Part shown: one piece after another, positions 9,894 through 19,866 of the stretch
How positions within the stretch are numbered: the first letter of the stretch is position 1
How the letters are laid out: each line of letters begins with the position of its first letter
Virus record (IMG/VR): IMGVR_UViG_3300032116_000001
Span: 248,001 to 312,000 of that record
Strand: one strand, 5' to 3'
Length of the DNA stretch: 64,000 nucleotides
Program-made: the position numbers and the translations under genes
The notes under the pieces: model-generated
Told to the model about the DNA's origin: nothing
What the model saw: the letters and a program-made list of their open reading frames with translations, nothing else
Database searches by the model: none

Positions 9894-10247
9894 ATGAGTG
9901 GCTCTGCTAAAACAACAAAATCATCTGAGAATTATCAGAAAATTTTGCAAGCTATGTTGGATAGTTACAGGCATCCAGTTTGGATTGTAGAGGATGATCA
10001 TATTCGACTCATGAATGAACCTGCGAAGGAGCTTGAAAGCCAGGGTTTTGTAATACAGAACTTATCGCAAAACATGAATGTCGGAGAAGTGAAAATTTTG
10101 AGCTTTAAAGGTAGAGACATAAGTATTAAAAAATCAATGATAAAAAATGGTGGAACTGTATTTTTGCATGAGGTGAGTTTTGAAACTCCATCCACCGCGA
10201 GGCTTAAAGCATCTACGGCTAAATTAAGAAAAGCGATTACTAGGTAA
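9894..10247 (+). CDS. Hypothetical protein with PAS-like N-terminus
   Basis: LQAMLDSYRHPVWIVEDDHIRLMNEPAKEL resembles the start of a PAS fold. Confidence 0.6.
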   Translation: MSGSAKTTKSSENYQKILQAMLDSYRHPVWIVEDDHIRLMNEPAKELESQGFVIQNLSQNMNVGEVKILSFKGRDISIKKSMIKNGGTVFLHEVSFETPSTARLKASTAKLRKAITR

Positions 10248-10266
10248 TTTATTAATTGAACTCGAA

Positions 10267-10310
10267 AAAAGAATCTTGGGCATGTTTTCAAAACGGTCAA
10301 AGATTCTTTT
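10267..10310 (+). terminator. Inverted repeat, possible terminator
   Basis: AAAAGAATCTT...AAGATTCTTTT between genes. Confidence 0.45.
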
Positions 10311-10344
10311 TAATTATAAAAGAATCAAAAGAGAGTGTTATACA

Positions 10345-11043
10345 ATGAGTGAAAAAAATTCAAATAATTCATCTATAGAAGATTTGAAAATGTTGCGCAA
10401 TGAAATCACAGCGCAAACTGAAGCTTATGTGGAATTTTCTAATGCACTCGTCCGTATTTACGATCTGCAAACAGAGATTAAAGCAGACATTGAAAAACTC
10501 AGCGAATCTGACTCAAAAGAAGTACGCGAAATTTTTGAGAAAATAACAACAATGAGCGAACTGCTGAAAACTTATCAGCAGTATCAACGCGAAGGCGATG
10601 CATTAATGTCGGAAGAAATTGAAGAGTTTAATGCAGTTTTGTCTCATTTTGGCTCTGAATTGGAGTTGTTTAAGGCCAAAATTGAGCAGCTTATTAGTGA
10701 CGATGGCAAGCTCGGCAGTGCCAATAGAGAGGCTGTCGAAAGTGCTTTAAATGATATGATTTCTGAATTTGAAATAATGGCAAAGGATACTCGTGCTCAT
10801 TTTGAAAGTGAAAGCCAAGCAAGAAAACAAGTTATTGAAAAGTTAGATCAAATAACAAATTATCTCGAATCTTTTAAACAAGTTCAGACAGGTTGGACCG
10901 AATGGAAAAAAAGAATTGGATGGGGAATTGCGGGCATTTCTGCTTTAATTGCAGTTCTTATGGCACTGGCTCAATTTAATGCATTGAAAATTGAATATTT
11001 CCCAAAAAACCATGAAGCAACGCCTGTGACAAGGCCACGATAA
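10345..11043 (+). CDS. Coiled-coil protein with C-terminal TM helix
   Basis: Heptad-rich sequence, then WGIAGISALIAVLMALA; start moved to ATG 10345. Confidence 0.75.
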   Translation: MSEKNSNNSSIEDLKMLRNEITAQTEAYVEFSNALVRIYDLQTEIKADIEKLSESDSKEVREIFEKITTMSELLKTYQQYQREGDALMSEEIEEFNAVLSHFGSELELFKAKIEQLISDDGKLGSANREAVESALNDMISEFEIMAKDTRAHFESESQARKQVIEKLDQITNYLESFKQVQTGWTEWKKRIGWGIAGISALIAVLMALAQFNALKIEYFPKNHEATPVTRPR

Positions 11044-11046
11044 GAT

Positions 11047-11439
11047 ATGAACGTTAAAGTAATTTCTGGAGCCAATAATAACATTGATGCAACGGGCCTT
11101 AAAAACAAACTTAAAGCCATAGGCTTGCATGAAAAGCACGATGTGATTGCGCTTAATGATGATCAAGCAAACTTTGATCTTAATATATGGTTTGGCGACA
11201 ATCCTCCTGAGAATACAGAGGCCTTAATAATGAATTCCAGTGAATTTAGTGGCCATGAAATGCTAAAGAAATATCCAAGATTATTATTATTGGCTCAAAT
11301 AGTTTCTACAAATGGATTAATACCTGAGTTTTATGCTGTTTATGAAAGAACGTCGTATAAGCCAGTGTTTTTTATTAACAAACACGAAATGGAAGGTTAT
11401 TTTGTGGACAAAATAGCATCAGTACAGGAGCTACCATAA
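11047..11439 (+). CDS. Hypothetical protein
   Basis: 130-aa ORF in a tightly packed operon. Confidence 0.7.
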   Translation: MNVKVISGANNNIDATGLKNKLKAIGLHEKHDVIALNDDQANFDLNIWFGDNPPENTEALIMNSSEFSGHEMLKKYPRLLLLAQIVSTNGLIPEFYAVYERTSYKPVFFINKHEMEGYFVDKIASVQELP

Positions 11440-11759
11440 TGTCAGAAAGAAAACCAGCAACAATTTCTTGCAAATGTGTAGAATGCGGAATGTCGTTTTA
11501 TGAAAAAGGCGATGCAGTTGGCGTCATGCCCTCGATGCGGCCTGTAAAAAAATGGCAGCGTGGTGATCCTTTAACAACATGGGCAGACTGGGTCATGCAC
11601 ATACAAACACACTGTCCAGACTGCAGAATAGTTGTGCCACCACCCGATTGTGTAAACGACTTGCGGGCTCAACTTTCTGAATTCAGGCATGCAAATTCAC
11701 AAGATTTTGAGCTTGAGTCTGATGAGTACACAAGATTATTTAATGAAAGGCTTAAGTAA
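11439..11759 (+). CDS. Zn-ribbon hypothetical protein
   Basis: CVEC...CPDC; TAATG overlap with the upstream gene. Confidence 0.7.
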   Translation: MSERKPATISCKCVECGMSFYEKGDAVGVMPSMRPVKKWQRGDPLTTWADWVMHIQTHCPDCRIVVPPPDCVNDLRAQLSEFRHANSQDFELESDEYTRLFNERLK

Positions 11760-11806
11760 TGTGTTAATTTGACTTATTTTTTACGAATAGATAAATAAGT
11801 CAAATT

Positions 11807-12589
11807 ATGATCGACGGCAAAATTTCTATAGACGTGGTGTTACTAGGTCCGCCAGCAAGTGGAAAAGGCACTGTTGTGTCTTATTTTTTGGATAAATATA
11901 ATTGGAATGCAATTGTTCCTGGCGATATTTATAGAAAAATACGCGACGAAGACAGCGACCTGGGCGCTTTAGTTAGAGAATCTCTTGAAAGGTACCATCA
12001 TTGTCCCGATGATTTAACAAATAGAATTATTCACAAAGCTGTTGATGATTGTCTAAAAATTAATCAACTCTTGGATTTACCAAATTCTAGATTTGTTTTT
12101 GATGGTTATCCAAGGTCTTTTGAGCAATTGGATTATTTAGATAAAAATTTCAATGTTTCTGCATTTATTCATCTTGATGCGCCGATTGAAACCACACTAG
12201 CTGCCGCAATCAATCGAAGATATTGTTCTGGTTGCAATAAGGTGTTTTCAAAGCAGTCTCCCCCAAAAATCACGGGTCCGAACATTTCGTGCATAGACGG
12301 TGAAGCTTCAAGACCTTATTTAACAAATACTTGTCTTGAAAACGAAGCCCAGTGGCTTTCGTGCTCGGATTCTTGCGCTGCTACATCAGAAAACAACTGG
12401 ATTACTCGATGGGACGATAGCGAGGAAAAGTATTATGAAAGAATAAGCGCATTTAACCAGAACACACTGCCTGTAATTGAGGCAATTTCACAAAGACCAA
12501 ATTATAAAAAGTTTCAAATTATCGGTAACGATAAGGGCTTAAGTGAAATTGAAGATTGGCTTAACGCTGTCTTAGGTAATAATTGTTAA
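11807..12589 (+). CDS. adk: Adenylate kinase family protein with expanded Cys-rich LID
   Basis: LLGPPASGKGT, GDIYR, FDGYPRS..Q, RRYCxxC, RWDD. Confidence 0.85.
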   Translation: MIDGKISIDVVLLGPPASGKGTVVSYFLDKYNWNAIVPGDIYRKIRDEDSDLGALVRESLERYHHCPDDLTNRIIHKAVDDCLKINQLLDLPNSRFVFDGYPRSFEQLDYLDKNFNVSAFIHLDAPIETTLAAAINRRYCSGCNKVFSKQSPPKITGPNISCIDGEASRPYLTNTCLENEAQWLSCSDSCAATSENNWITRWDDSEEKYYERISAFNQNTLPVIEAISQRPNYKKFQIIGNDKGLSEIEDWLNAVLGNNC

Positions 12590-12870
12590 TTTTTTCTTTG
12601 AACTCCATGAAGAGCTTCTTGAACTTCATTTTCAAAGACATTTGTACTCATAATTTCATCGTTGCTGACACCATCAAGACTAAGTTTCTGCAAAATTATG
12701 TTAATCAAATCGGATATCTTCTTGTCCTTAAGTCTTATGTCGTCTTGATTGTTGCTTTCGGGATAAGAAGATATAGCCTCGTCAATTTCGTTAGCTTCGT
12801 CAATGAAGCCCGATTCATCCAAGTCGTTTGCAATTTGGGCCAATCTTCTGATCACATCAACACTGATCAT
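12586..12870 (-). CDS. Small hypothetical protein with the shared motif
   Basis: RRLAQIANDLDESGFIDEANEIDEAI. Confidence 0.75.
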   Translation of the reverse strand: MISVDVIRRLAQIANDLDESGFIDEANEIDEAISSYPESNNQDDIRLKDKKISDLINIILQKLSLDGVSNDEIMSTNVFENEVQEALHGVQRKN

Positions 12871-12873
12871 GAT

Positions 12874-13182
12874 TTACCTCTTTGTAAATATATCTACAAA
12901 TATTTGATCAATTATTTTAGACGCCTCTGCAGATCGACCAGATTCTATAATAGCAGAGGCTTTTTCCATCATTTGCTCAGTGGTTGGATTATTTTGAAGG
13001 AAAGATTTTTGTGCATCTATGCAAGTGGGGCACTGCCAATAAGATACAAAAAGAGGTCTGTGTTTGCGACAAACAGCTTTGCCACAATTATCACAGAAAG
13101 CCCGCGCCCAGCCTTTCACCTGTCTGTTGCAGATAGAACAAATCGGGTCACTATAGAATTTCTTAATTGGTGCGCCTGGCAT
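12874..13182 (-). CDS. Zn-finger protein with the shared motif at its C-terminus
   Basis: CSIC, CDNC, CRKH, CPTC, then KASAIIESGRSAEASKIIDQI. Confidence 0.75.
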   Translation of the reverse strand: MPGAPIKKFYSDPICSICNRQVKGWARAFCDNCGKAVCRKHRPLFVSYWQCPTCIDAQKSFLQNNPTTEQMMEKASAIIESGRSAEASKIIDQIFVDIFTKR

Positions 13183-13206
13183 GGTTTCTTAACCTTATGT
13201 TTTTAT

Positions 13207-13231
13207 TTCTCTAATTTAAATAATCAATCCT
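13207..13231 (-). promoter_or_regulatory. Putative late promoter AGG-N18-AGAA
   Basis: Upstream of the 13182 gene. Confidence 0.55.
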
Positions 13232-13452
13232 GGTTGAACTTCAGCCAACATATAACGTTTTTTGAGATTGTTCTCAAAAAAAATCCCCTAAATTTATTTA
13301 AGCAAAATGCTAAAATATGGGGAAACAAGGCGGACACTGCCTGCAAACCGATTGTGTCGCCCGCGGCCACGCCTGCGTTGCTGGTTTTTTTCGGTACCAG
13401 CACAAAGACGTTGCGTAAATAAAACCTGCGGGAGAATAAAGGTAAAAAAAAT

Positions 13453-14187
13453 ATGAATATTAGAAACATAACCTTGACATTCGCGATTCTTTTCGCGTCG
13501 TATGCCACTGCTACATTTGTGCCCAACAGCACGGATGCCACAACTGTTGCCAATCAGGCTTCAAAGCCAATTAGCACTAAGGCGGCGAACATTGTACAGG
13601 TACATCAAACAAACACGGTGGATCAGGAACAAAAGCGCATTAGTGAATTTGTTTACATTGTTCAAAGCCGTTTGGGCCGCGAGTATGCCGACAGAGTTGC
13701 AAAGGCAATTGTAACGTCGGCGCGACGCAATGGCCTTCCTCCAATGATGGTTGCAACCACAGGATATATCGAAAGTGAATTTCGAATGGTAAGCCGCCCA
13801 GCTATTGGAATTATGCAAATTCTTCCTTCAACTGCTCGAAGAGTTTTTGGAAACAGCGGTCTCGATCCTTATAAACTCGAAGACAATATTGAAATGGGGT
13901 CGAGATACTTGGCAACCCATTATCGAAAATATGCTGGTTCATACTCTAGACTCAGAGGTAACACAACTAGTAGAAGCGGGTCTACTGGCTCTTCAGCATC
14001 CGTGCCAAATTTAACTCCTGATCAACAAGTTATCGTTATGCGACAAACTTGGGGGAGATATAATGGTAGTGGAATGAATGGAGCTTATCAAAGAAAAGCT
14101 ATGATTGTTTGGAATCGTGTTACAAAGTTAACCCCAGATGATTGGAAAAAGCATGTAAACACAAAAGGTCCTCTCTGGAAGAACTAA
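13453..14187 (+). CDS. Lytic transglycosylase (SLT family) with signal peptide
   Basis: IESEF (catalytic Glu), AIGIMQILPSTA, DNIEMGSRYL, RYNG; hydrophobic N-terminus. Confidence 0.9.
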   Translation: MNIRNITLTFAILFASYATATFVPNSTDATTVANQASKPISTKAANIVQVHQTNTVDQEQKRISEFVYIVQSRLGREYADRVAKAIVTSARRNGLPPMMVATTGYIESEFRMVSRPAIGIMQILPSTARRVFGNSGLDPYKLEDNIEMGSRYLATHYRKYAGSYSRLRGNTTSRSGSTGSSASVPNLTPDQQVIVMRQTWGRYNGSGMNGAYQRKAMIVWNRVTKLTPDDWKKHVNTKGPLWKN

Positions 14188-14188
14188 A

Positions 14189-14917
14189 ATGCTGAACAAA
14201 CCCATGATTCTTGATCTAAGAGGATATTTGTCCTATGCCATGCCTGAAAAAATTGCGCATGGACGAGGGCAGACAATGGCTAAGGACTTGATGGGTCAGG
14301 CTAGGTATACAGTTTATACCGAGGCTGCAGAAGCCATTGCAGAGGTTACTTATAGTCGCCTCTGCAATGTGATTGGCTTGTCATGTGTTCAATCAGAGTA
14401 TGCCACAGGCCTAGATGGCGTAAAACCCAATATCGTAAGCGCTTCAGAGTATGATGATTCTTGGATGCCAGCACCAACAAGTGTAGTGTCTCTGGGCTCA
14501 AGGCAGGCCAATAATGATGCTATAAAAAATTATGGATTGTCTATGCTTTTATTTAATCCCTTTACAAATAAAAAACCTGGCTATATTAAAGGTGATAAAT
14601 CTTTTGTAAAAGCAAATAATGGGCAGTGTTTCTATTCATTTGAGTTGAAAAAAATTTTAGAAGGAACCGATAAGGAATACAAATCCCCATATTCGCCAAT
14701 GTCTGTGGATGTTTATTTTCAAATTAGCAGCATGTTTCCTCAAATCAAAGAGATAATTCCACGAATTGAATCACTTACTGATGAGCAAATTGAATGGTGC
14801 GCAAGCACGCCAGGAGATTTGTATGGCGGTAAAATTGGCTCTGAATTTGTAAGTCTTCGGTTGCATCTACTAAGAGATTTTGCAAAAAAAGCAACAAGGG
14901 CCATGCTTGATGAATAA
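14189..14917 (+). CDS. Hypothetical protein; possibly a degenerate HipA/PI4K-like kinase fold
   Basis: AIAEVTYSRLCNVIGL and IESLTDEQIE..LRLHLL resemble HipA-like helices; no catalytic DxHxxN. Confidence 0.5.
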   Translation: MLNKPMILDLRGYLSYAMPEKIAHGRGQTMAKDLMGQARYTVYTEAAEAIAEVTYSRLCNVIGLSCVQSEYATGLDGVKPNIVSASEYDDSWMPAPTSVVSLGSRQANNDAIKNYGLSMLLFNPFTNKKPGYIKGDKSFVKANNGQCFYSFELKKILEGTDKEYKSPYSPMSVDVYFQISSMFPQIKEIIPRIESLTDEQIEWCASTPGDLYGGKIGSEFVSLRLHLLRDFAKKATRAMLDE

Positions 14918-14939
14918 GATTTCCAATAATTGAAAATTA

Positions 14940-14970
14940 AAAAAGCCGAAAGTTTTACTTTCGGCTTTTT
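14940..14970. terminator. Bidirectional intrinsic terminator
   Basis: AAAAAGCCGAAAGT-TTT-ACTTTCGGCTTTTT between convergent genes. Confidence 0.85.
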
Positions 14971-14992
14971 TAACGGACGGCTTACGGCTTTT

Positions 14993-15424
14993 TTAATAGC
15001 CTCTATTCCATCCAGATGGGTATCTAGATGCAGGAAGCGAGCCTTTGGTATCAATCAGTGATACATCTTCGGTAAGGCGGTTAAGCGCAAAAGCGAATTC
15101 TTCAGCTTTTTGCGTCAGAGTAACAAGTGTCAAAGAAAGAGCGTTAGCAATGTAATCCTTTTCAATTGCGCTAGTAGTAGCAATTGCAGCTTGATAAGCA
15201 TTTATTTCTGTTTCAAGAGTTTGAATAACTGTGTCAAAATCTTCGATAGTGGCCGTGGAATCTGTCAGATCGGTAGTACCTCTGGATTGGTCGGTGGGAT
15301 AAGGCCCAGCCTGGCCAATTGTGTTGACAGTAATGTTCTTAATTTCACGATTGTCCGTGATGTTATTTACGGAACGCTCGCCAGGAGCAGTCCCGCTTAT
15401 GAAAGATGAAGGGTAGTTAGGCAT
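14993..15424 (-). CDS. Hypothetical protein, probably structural
   Basis: 143 aa; AGGAG SD; late-promoter motif upstream. Confidence 0.75.
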   Translation of the reverse strand: MPNYPSSFISGTAPGERSVNNITDNREIKNITVNTIGQAGPYPTDQSRGTTDLTDSTATIEDFDTVIQTLETEINAYQAAIATTSAIEKDYIANALSLTLVTLTQKAEEFAFALNRLTEDVSLIDTKGSLPASRYPSGWNRGY

Positions 15425-15479
15425 TTAAGTTTCGTTCTCCTGTAGTAAGCAGCCCGCTGAAGCGTGCCACATTATCACA

Positions 15480-15504
15480 TTCTAGAAAATGTTCTTTGTC
15501 ACCT
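15480..15504 (-). promoter_or_regulatory. Putative late promoter AGG-N18-AGAA
   Basis: Upstream of the 15424 gene. Confidence 0.55.
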
Positions 15505-15574
15505 TTTCTTAAACTTTACAATCTATACCTTCTCAAAAGTTATTTTTTTTGTTTTTTTCAAATTTTCTGAATGT

Positions 15575-15599
15575 AGGCCCTGATCTTGTATTTGCTGAA
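15575..15599 (+). promoter_or_regulatory. Putative late promoter AGG-N18-TGAA
   Basis: Upstream of the tail-fibre operon at 15650. Confidence 0.55.
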
Positions 15600-15649
15600 T
15601 AATAAAATACATCTTTTGCTTTCAAAAAGTAAGCAATAAGGGCGATCAG

Positions 15650-17380
15650 ATGGATAATTTTGGCATAAAAATATCAAATAATAAGATTTCCATAGATACG
15701 GGTGCTAATTTCACATGGACGGGTAGTCATGCTTTTGTCAGACCTGTGTCTTTTTGCGCTGATCAAAAGATTTCAACAGACTCGTTGTTTAACGCAAGAC
15801 TATCTGCGGGGGATATGTTATTTGGCAACATCAATGGTTTTAGTCTGCTAAAAATTGGGCCAATAGGATCAGTGCTTTTTTCTTCTGGCAGCTCGCCAAC
15901 TTGGGGCTATGTTAATTTAGAGTCTCACGTAACTGGTGTTCTGCCATTGCATCTTGGTGGCACAGGGTTGTCATCTGCGCCTGAAAAAGGATTGTTTGTA
16001 AGTGATGGTCATAAAATATTGAGCTTGCCCCTGGGCGAAAGCGGAACATTTCTTTGTGTTGAACATGGCCAATTAATGTGGAAGCGTATAAATTTAAATA
16101 TTGACCAAAATGATGATTCTTATATAGAGCCCTTGTCTCAAATTAATAATGATAATTCTGAAAAAGAGAATCAGTTTGTTGCACAGTGGAATGATAGCGG
16201 AGAGTTAATCGAGGGCTTAGTGCCCTCAAAACACATTTTAGGCACAATTAACACTACTGCGGGTGGCACGGGAATAAGCAAGTTTGCCGTGGGGGATATT
16301 CTTTATGCATCGTCTGAAAACAAGTTGTCAAAACTTTCAACAAAGGGAAAAGAAAATTGCTTTCTACAAGTTTCAAACGGCGTGCCTGTTTGGAAAAAAA
16401 TACCCGAATTAGACAAGCTGGCTAAAAAATCTTATTCTTTTGAATTTGGTGATAATGGGCTAATTTATGTTGATGGTAAAAAACGTAAATCCATTGTTTT
16501 GCATGGCGAAGATATTACTGGGAAATCATCTGGGATAAATGGAATTTTAAATCTGGAGAGCGGTGGGACTGGTAGGGATTTATCAAGTTTTACAGCTGGC
16601 TCTCTAGTCATATTAAATGACAAGTCTTCGATGATAGGATTAGATCAGGGCAACAATGGGCTTGTCTTAGTTAGCAAGGGTGTGGGCAATCCTCCAGCTT
16701 GGGAGCCATCAGTGATGAGAGTTGAGGCTAATGAAGGCATACTTTGTTTTGAAAAAGATGGATTAGTGAGATTGGAAGTTGATTCAACTGAAAAATTTAA
16801 TCCCGTGTGGCAAGGACAACATGTTTTTGACAATACAGTTGGATTTTCCAAGCCTCCAATTATGGCTAAAGGGCTATCGATTGCAGAGAATAATGATTAT
16901 GAAAATCATGCCAGTGGAGATTTGTGGCGACAAAATGACCACTTGTATTATCGATCAGGCGCAAAAACCATTTGCATTTCGCAACCTGAAAATGATTCTA
17001 AATTATTGCGCACATCCCATTATATTAGGATTGCGTTTGGTGATTCTATTGACAATGGGGAAATTCAAAAAAACAGAACTTTAATGCCTCATACTTTAGA
17101 TAAAATCATTTCTGGGGCTCAGTGGAGAATTGCGCGAATTGATGTTTTGTGCGAGCAGTGTCCAACACAAGACTCTGGCGCACTAATAGATGTTGTTTTA
17201 GAAAATGGCTCTAGCGTTCTAGTGTCTCCGATTACTATAGAAAAGGATTCTAGAAGGGGATTCTCTGTAGAGTTTAAACAAGCAGTTTTAAGCGACGACG
17301 AGACTTTAAGGCTTGTTATAAAAAATAGCGGAGAAGCTAATTTTTGGTCAGCATGGGTTCTGATTGAAGAATTTTGTTAA
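15650..17380 (+). CDS. Tail-fibre-related protein
   Basis: Repeated LPxxxGGTG / GDILY / LxxGxxGxxLxxxxGxPxW fibre modules, shared with the two downstream genes. Confidence 0.75.
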   Translation: MDNFGIKISNNKISIDTGANFTWTGSHAFVRPVSFCADQKISTDSLFNARLSAGDMLFGNINGFSLLKIGPIGSVLFSSGSSPTWGYVNLESHVTGVLPLHLGGTGLSSAPEKGLFVSDGHKILSLPLGESGTFLCVEHGQLMWKRINLNIDQNDDSYIEPLSQINNDNSEKENQFVAQWNDSGELIEGLVPSKHILGTINTTAGGTGISKFAVGDILYASSENKLSKLSTKGKENCFLQVSNGVPVWKKIPELDKLAKKSYSFEFGDNGLIYVDGKKRKSIVLHGEDITGKSSGINGILNLESGGTGRDLSSFTAGSLVILNDKSSMIGLDQGNNGLVLVSKGVGNPPAWEPSVMRVEANEGILCFEKDGLVRLEVDSTEKFNPVWQGQHVFDNTVGFSKPPIMAKGLSIAENNDYENHASGDLWRQNDHLYYRSGAKTICISQPENDSKLLRTSHYIRIAFGDSIDNGEIQKNRTLMPHTLDKIISGAQWRIARIDVLCEQCPTQDSGALIDVVLENGSSVLVSPITIEKDSRRGFSVEFKQAVLSDDETLRLVIKNSGEANFWSAWVLIEEFC

Positions 17381-17423
17381 TTGAAAAAACTGTAAAATTA
17401 AAAACATAAGTCGGAGAAAGTAA

Positions 17424-19862
17424 TTGCCTAATTTCGTTATAATACCACCAAGATTAATAGTTGGTAGTTCTGTTGGCACTGATGTTGTAACGTCAGTGAA
17501 CGGGGTTCGTGGCGATTTAATATTTTCGGCTACAGATGGCTTACAACTTGGCTTGTCAGGCAAAACTTTCACTCTTTCTGTCATACCAAACACATATGTT
17601 TTAAAATCTGGGGACACATTTACTGGGAATCTTCAATTTGTTCCGACTGGTGGAGCCTATGGGCTCAGGCTGCACACGTCCACCACCGATCCATCCCAAA
17701 GTGCTGAAGGTGCCGCATACGTCAACACATCTGATGGAACTCTTAAAATTTATCTTGGCGGGTCTTGGCTGGATGTGGGGCAAATGGGGTCTCTTACCGA
17801 GGCACAAGCAGACCTCAGGTACTTAAAACTTGATGGCAGCAACGATCCTATCACTGGGGATATCTCCATGGGTGTTGCCACGCTTAGATTTGGGAATAAA
17901 GCAGGAGACCCTGTTTCTGGTTCTGCGGGAGACGTGTATTTCAACACAAGTCTTAACAAATTAAGGCTTCACAATGGCTCTGCATGGGTGGACGTGGGTT
18001 CGTCAGGCGTCACAAGTATTTCTTCTGGCAATGGCCTTGCAGCTTCTCCCAGCAGCCCCATTACTTCTACTGGAACTCTTTCTGTAGACCAGGCTTATAA
18101 TTTTAACTGGACGGGAGCACACACATTTTCTCAAGCGATCAGTTTTGCCAGCGGCCAAACATTTGATGCGTCAAAACTAACTATAGGAAGTCAGGCTACT
18201 GGCGACATTTTATATTACTCAGGGTCGGCTTGGAGCAGGCTCGCCATTGGGTCAAGCGGCGAAGTTTTAACAGTTGTGAGTGGCGCACCACAATGGGAGC
18301 CTGCGCTTGGAGGACAAATTGGTACGCCATCTGATGGGGTTTATAGTGATGGCTTTTTTGATTCTTGGACATCATCAACTGATGTATCTAACGCCTTTGA
18401 CGACGTAAATGAATTACTTAAAGATATCGCTCCAGTCAAAGCTGGCTTACTTACAGGTAATGCACTTACTCAAATTTCCATGCCTACATTTTACTCTGTT
18501 AAGCTTTCATCAGGCTTAACAGCAGATTGGTATCCATCTGGTGTGGCAGCAGGTGACACGATCAATACTTATTACTTAAGTGGCAATATTGAGCTTACTT
18601 CTCCCTCTGCTTCTAGCGCTTTTAGAGCAGGCAGAAAATTACAGCCATTAACTTTTGGAAGTGTAAATCATAGAATTCATAACAACACGAACCCATCTGG
18701 TGCCACAGCAGCGACAATTGATCTCACCACAGAACCATCTATACCAGCAACATCTGGGTCCCTAACCGTGACTGATCATGGCATATATAATTCAATTTGG
18801 ATGAAAGCTAATGCAGAAGTTAATTATACTCAAACCGCCGAAGGTTGGGAAGGGCATAGTATTTCGTCCACCGAGGCTGGGGAAACGCTTAGATTAGATG
18901 TGTGGCGCGATACGCACTCTAATTCTAACCCAACTCCGTCTTTTTCTACAAGCCCGACGGCCACTGAGGATACTCCCGTAAATAAATATTTAAGTGGGAT
19001 TAATCACTATGGTTTAAACAGCACTTTTGAAGTTCGATTCGCTGCCGCATCTGGCATATTTAACAGATGTTACAATAGCACACAAGTTGCGAGAATTTCT
19101 GGCACTGGAATGCCAAATCTGAATTTAAATCCAGGATCAACGCCGAATTATCTTGACGCTTATGATCGAACAGGGGTGAATTTTGCCCTGGCCACATTAA
19201 GTACATCCAATTCGGCATCACCGAACAAATATTTAACAGTTACTATTTATAAGGCACATGGTGCGTCTGCTTCATCAAACGCATCTATAAACAGGCCCAT
19301 TTGTACATACGGAACAGTATCCACAAATACATCTGACGTGTTTATGGACGAGGCTCAAAGATTGGTAATAGGCACAACGACTTCCTGGACTTCTTCTTCG
19401 GCACTAAGCAACGGAAATGCGCAGCAAAAAATAACAGGCACAAATGTATCATCCTTGCAATATCCTGACTCAAGTGATTATCCAGGGTTTACGGGAGATC
19501 AAGAGTACCAAAGATTTATTTACAAAACATCAGCTTCAACAGGAACAATAACATTTGGGACACTTACAGCCGCGCAAATTTCTCCCTATGGCACAGGTGA
19601 TGTTAACATTTTGTTATATTTAGACGATGACGCTGTATGGTTTGACCTCGGTGTTGTTCAGGGTTCTAATAGTAACGATGGAAGTAGTAGGGCCTTGGCA
19701 ATTCCTGTCAGAGTTTCCACAACAACATCGGGCAGTACTGTTGGCTTTTCTTTTGGAACATATACTACAGGACCCACAGGGTCTGGTAATTTGGGTAGAT
19801 ATCGAATTGTAATTATATTCAGAAATAATACTCGGACAATAACTTCACTCACTGGTGCTTAA
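17424..19862 (+). CDS. Virion structural / tail-fibre protein
   Basis: S/T/G-rich 812 aa; VTSVNG..G, DLRYLKLDG, GDILYY..WSRLAIGSSGEVLTV..GAPQW; TTG start with GGAG SD. Confidence 0.8.
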   Translation: MPNFVIIPPRLIVGSSVGTDVVTSVNGVRGDLIFSATDGLQLGLSGKTFTLSVIPNTYVLKSGDTFTGNLQFVPTGGAYGLRLHTSTTDPSQSAEGAAYVNTSDGTLKIYLGGSWLDVGQMGSLTEAQADLRYLKLDGSNDPITGDISMGVATLRFGNKAGDPVSGSAGDVYFNTSLNKLRLHNGSAWVDVGSSGVTSISSGNGLAASPSSPITSTGTLSVDQAYNFNWTGAHTFSQAISFASGQTFDASKLTIGSQATGDILYYSGSAWSRLAIGSSGEVLTVVSGAPQWEPALGGQIGTPSDGVYSDGFFDSWTSSTDVSNAFDDVNELLKDIAPVKAGLLTGNALTQISMPTFYSVKLSSGLTADWYPSGVAAGDTINTYYLSGNIELTSPSASSAFRAGRKLQPLTFGSVNHRIHNNTNPSGATAATIDLTTEPSIPATSGSLTVTDHGIYNSIWMKANAEVNYTQTAEGWEGHSISSTEAGETLRLDVWRDTHSNSNPTPSFSTSPTATEDTPVNKYLSGINHYGLNSTFEVRFAAASGIFNRCYNSTQVARISGTGMPNLNLNPGSTPNYLDAYDRTGVNFALATLSTSNSASPNKYLTVTIYKAHGASASSNASINRPICTYGTVSTNTSDVFMDEAQRLVIGTTTSWTSSSALSNGNAQQKITGTNVSSLQYPDSSDYPGFTGDQEYQRFIYKTSASTGTITFGTLTAAQISPYGTGDVNILLYLDDDAVWFDLGVVQGSNSNDGSSRALAIPVRVSTTTSGSTVGFSFGTYTTGPTGSGNLGRYRIVIIFRNNTRTITSLTGA

Positions 19863-19866
19863 TTTT

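Noticed and set aside
12583-13422. 279-aa plus-strand ORF
   Set aside because: Shadow of two minus-strand genes that carry recognisable motifs and a promoter
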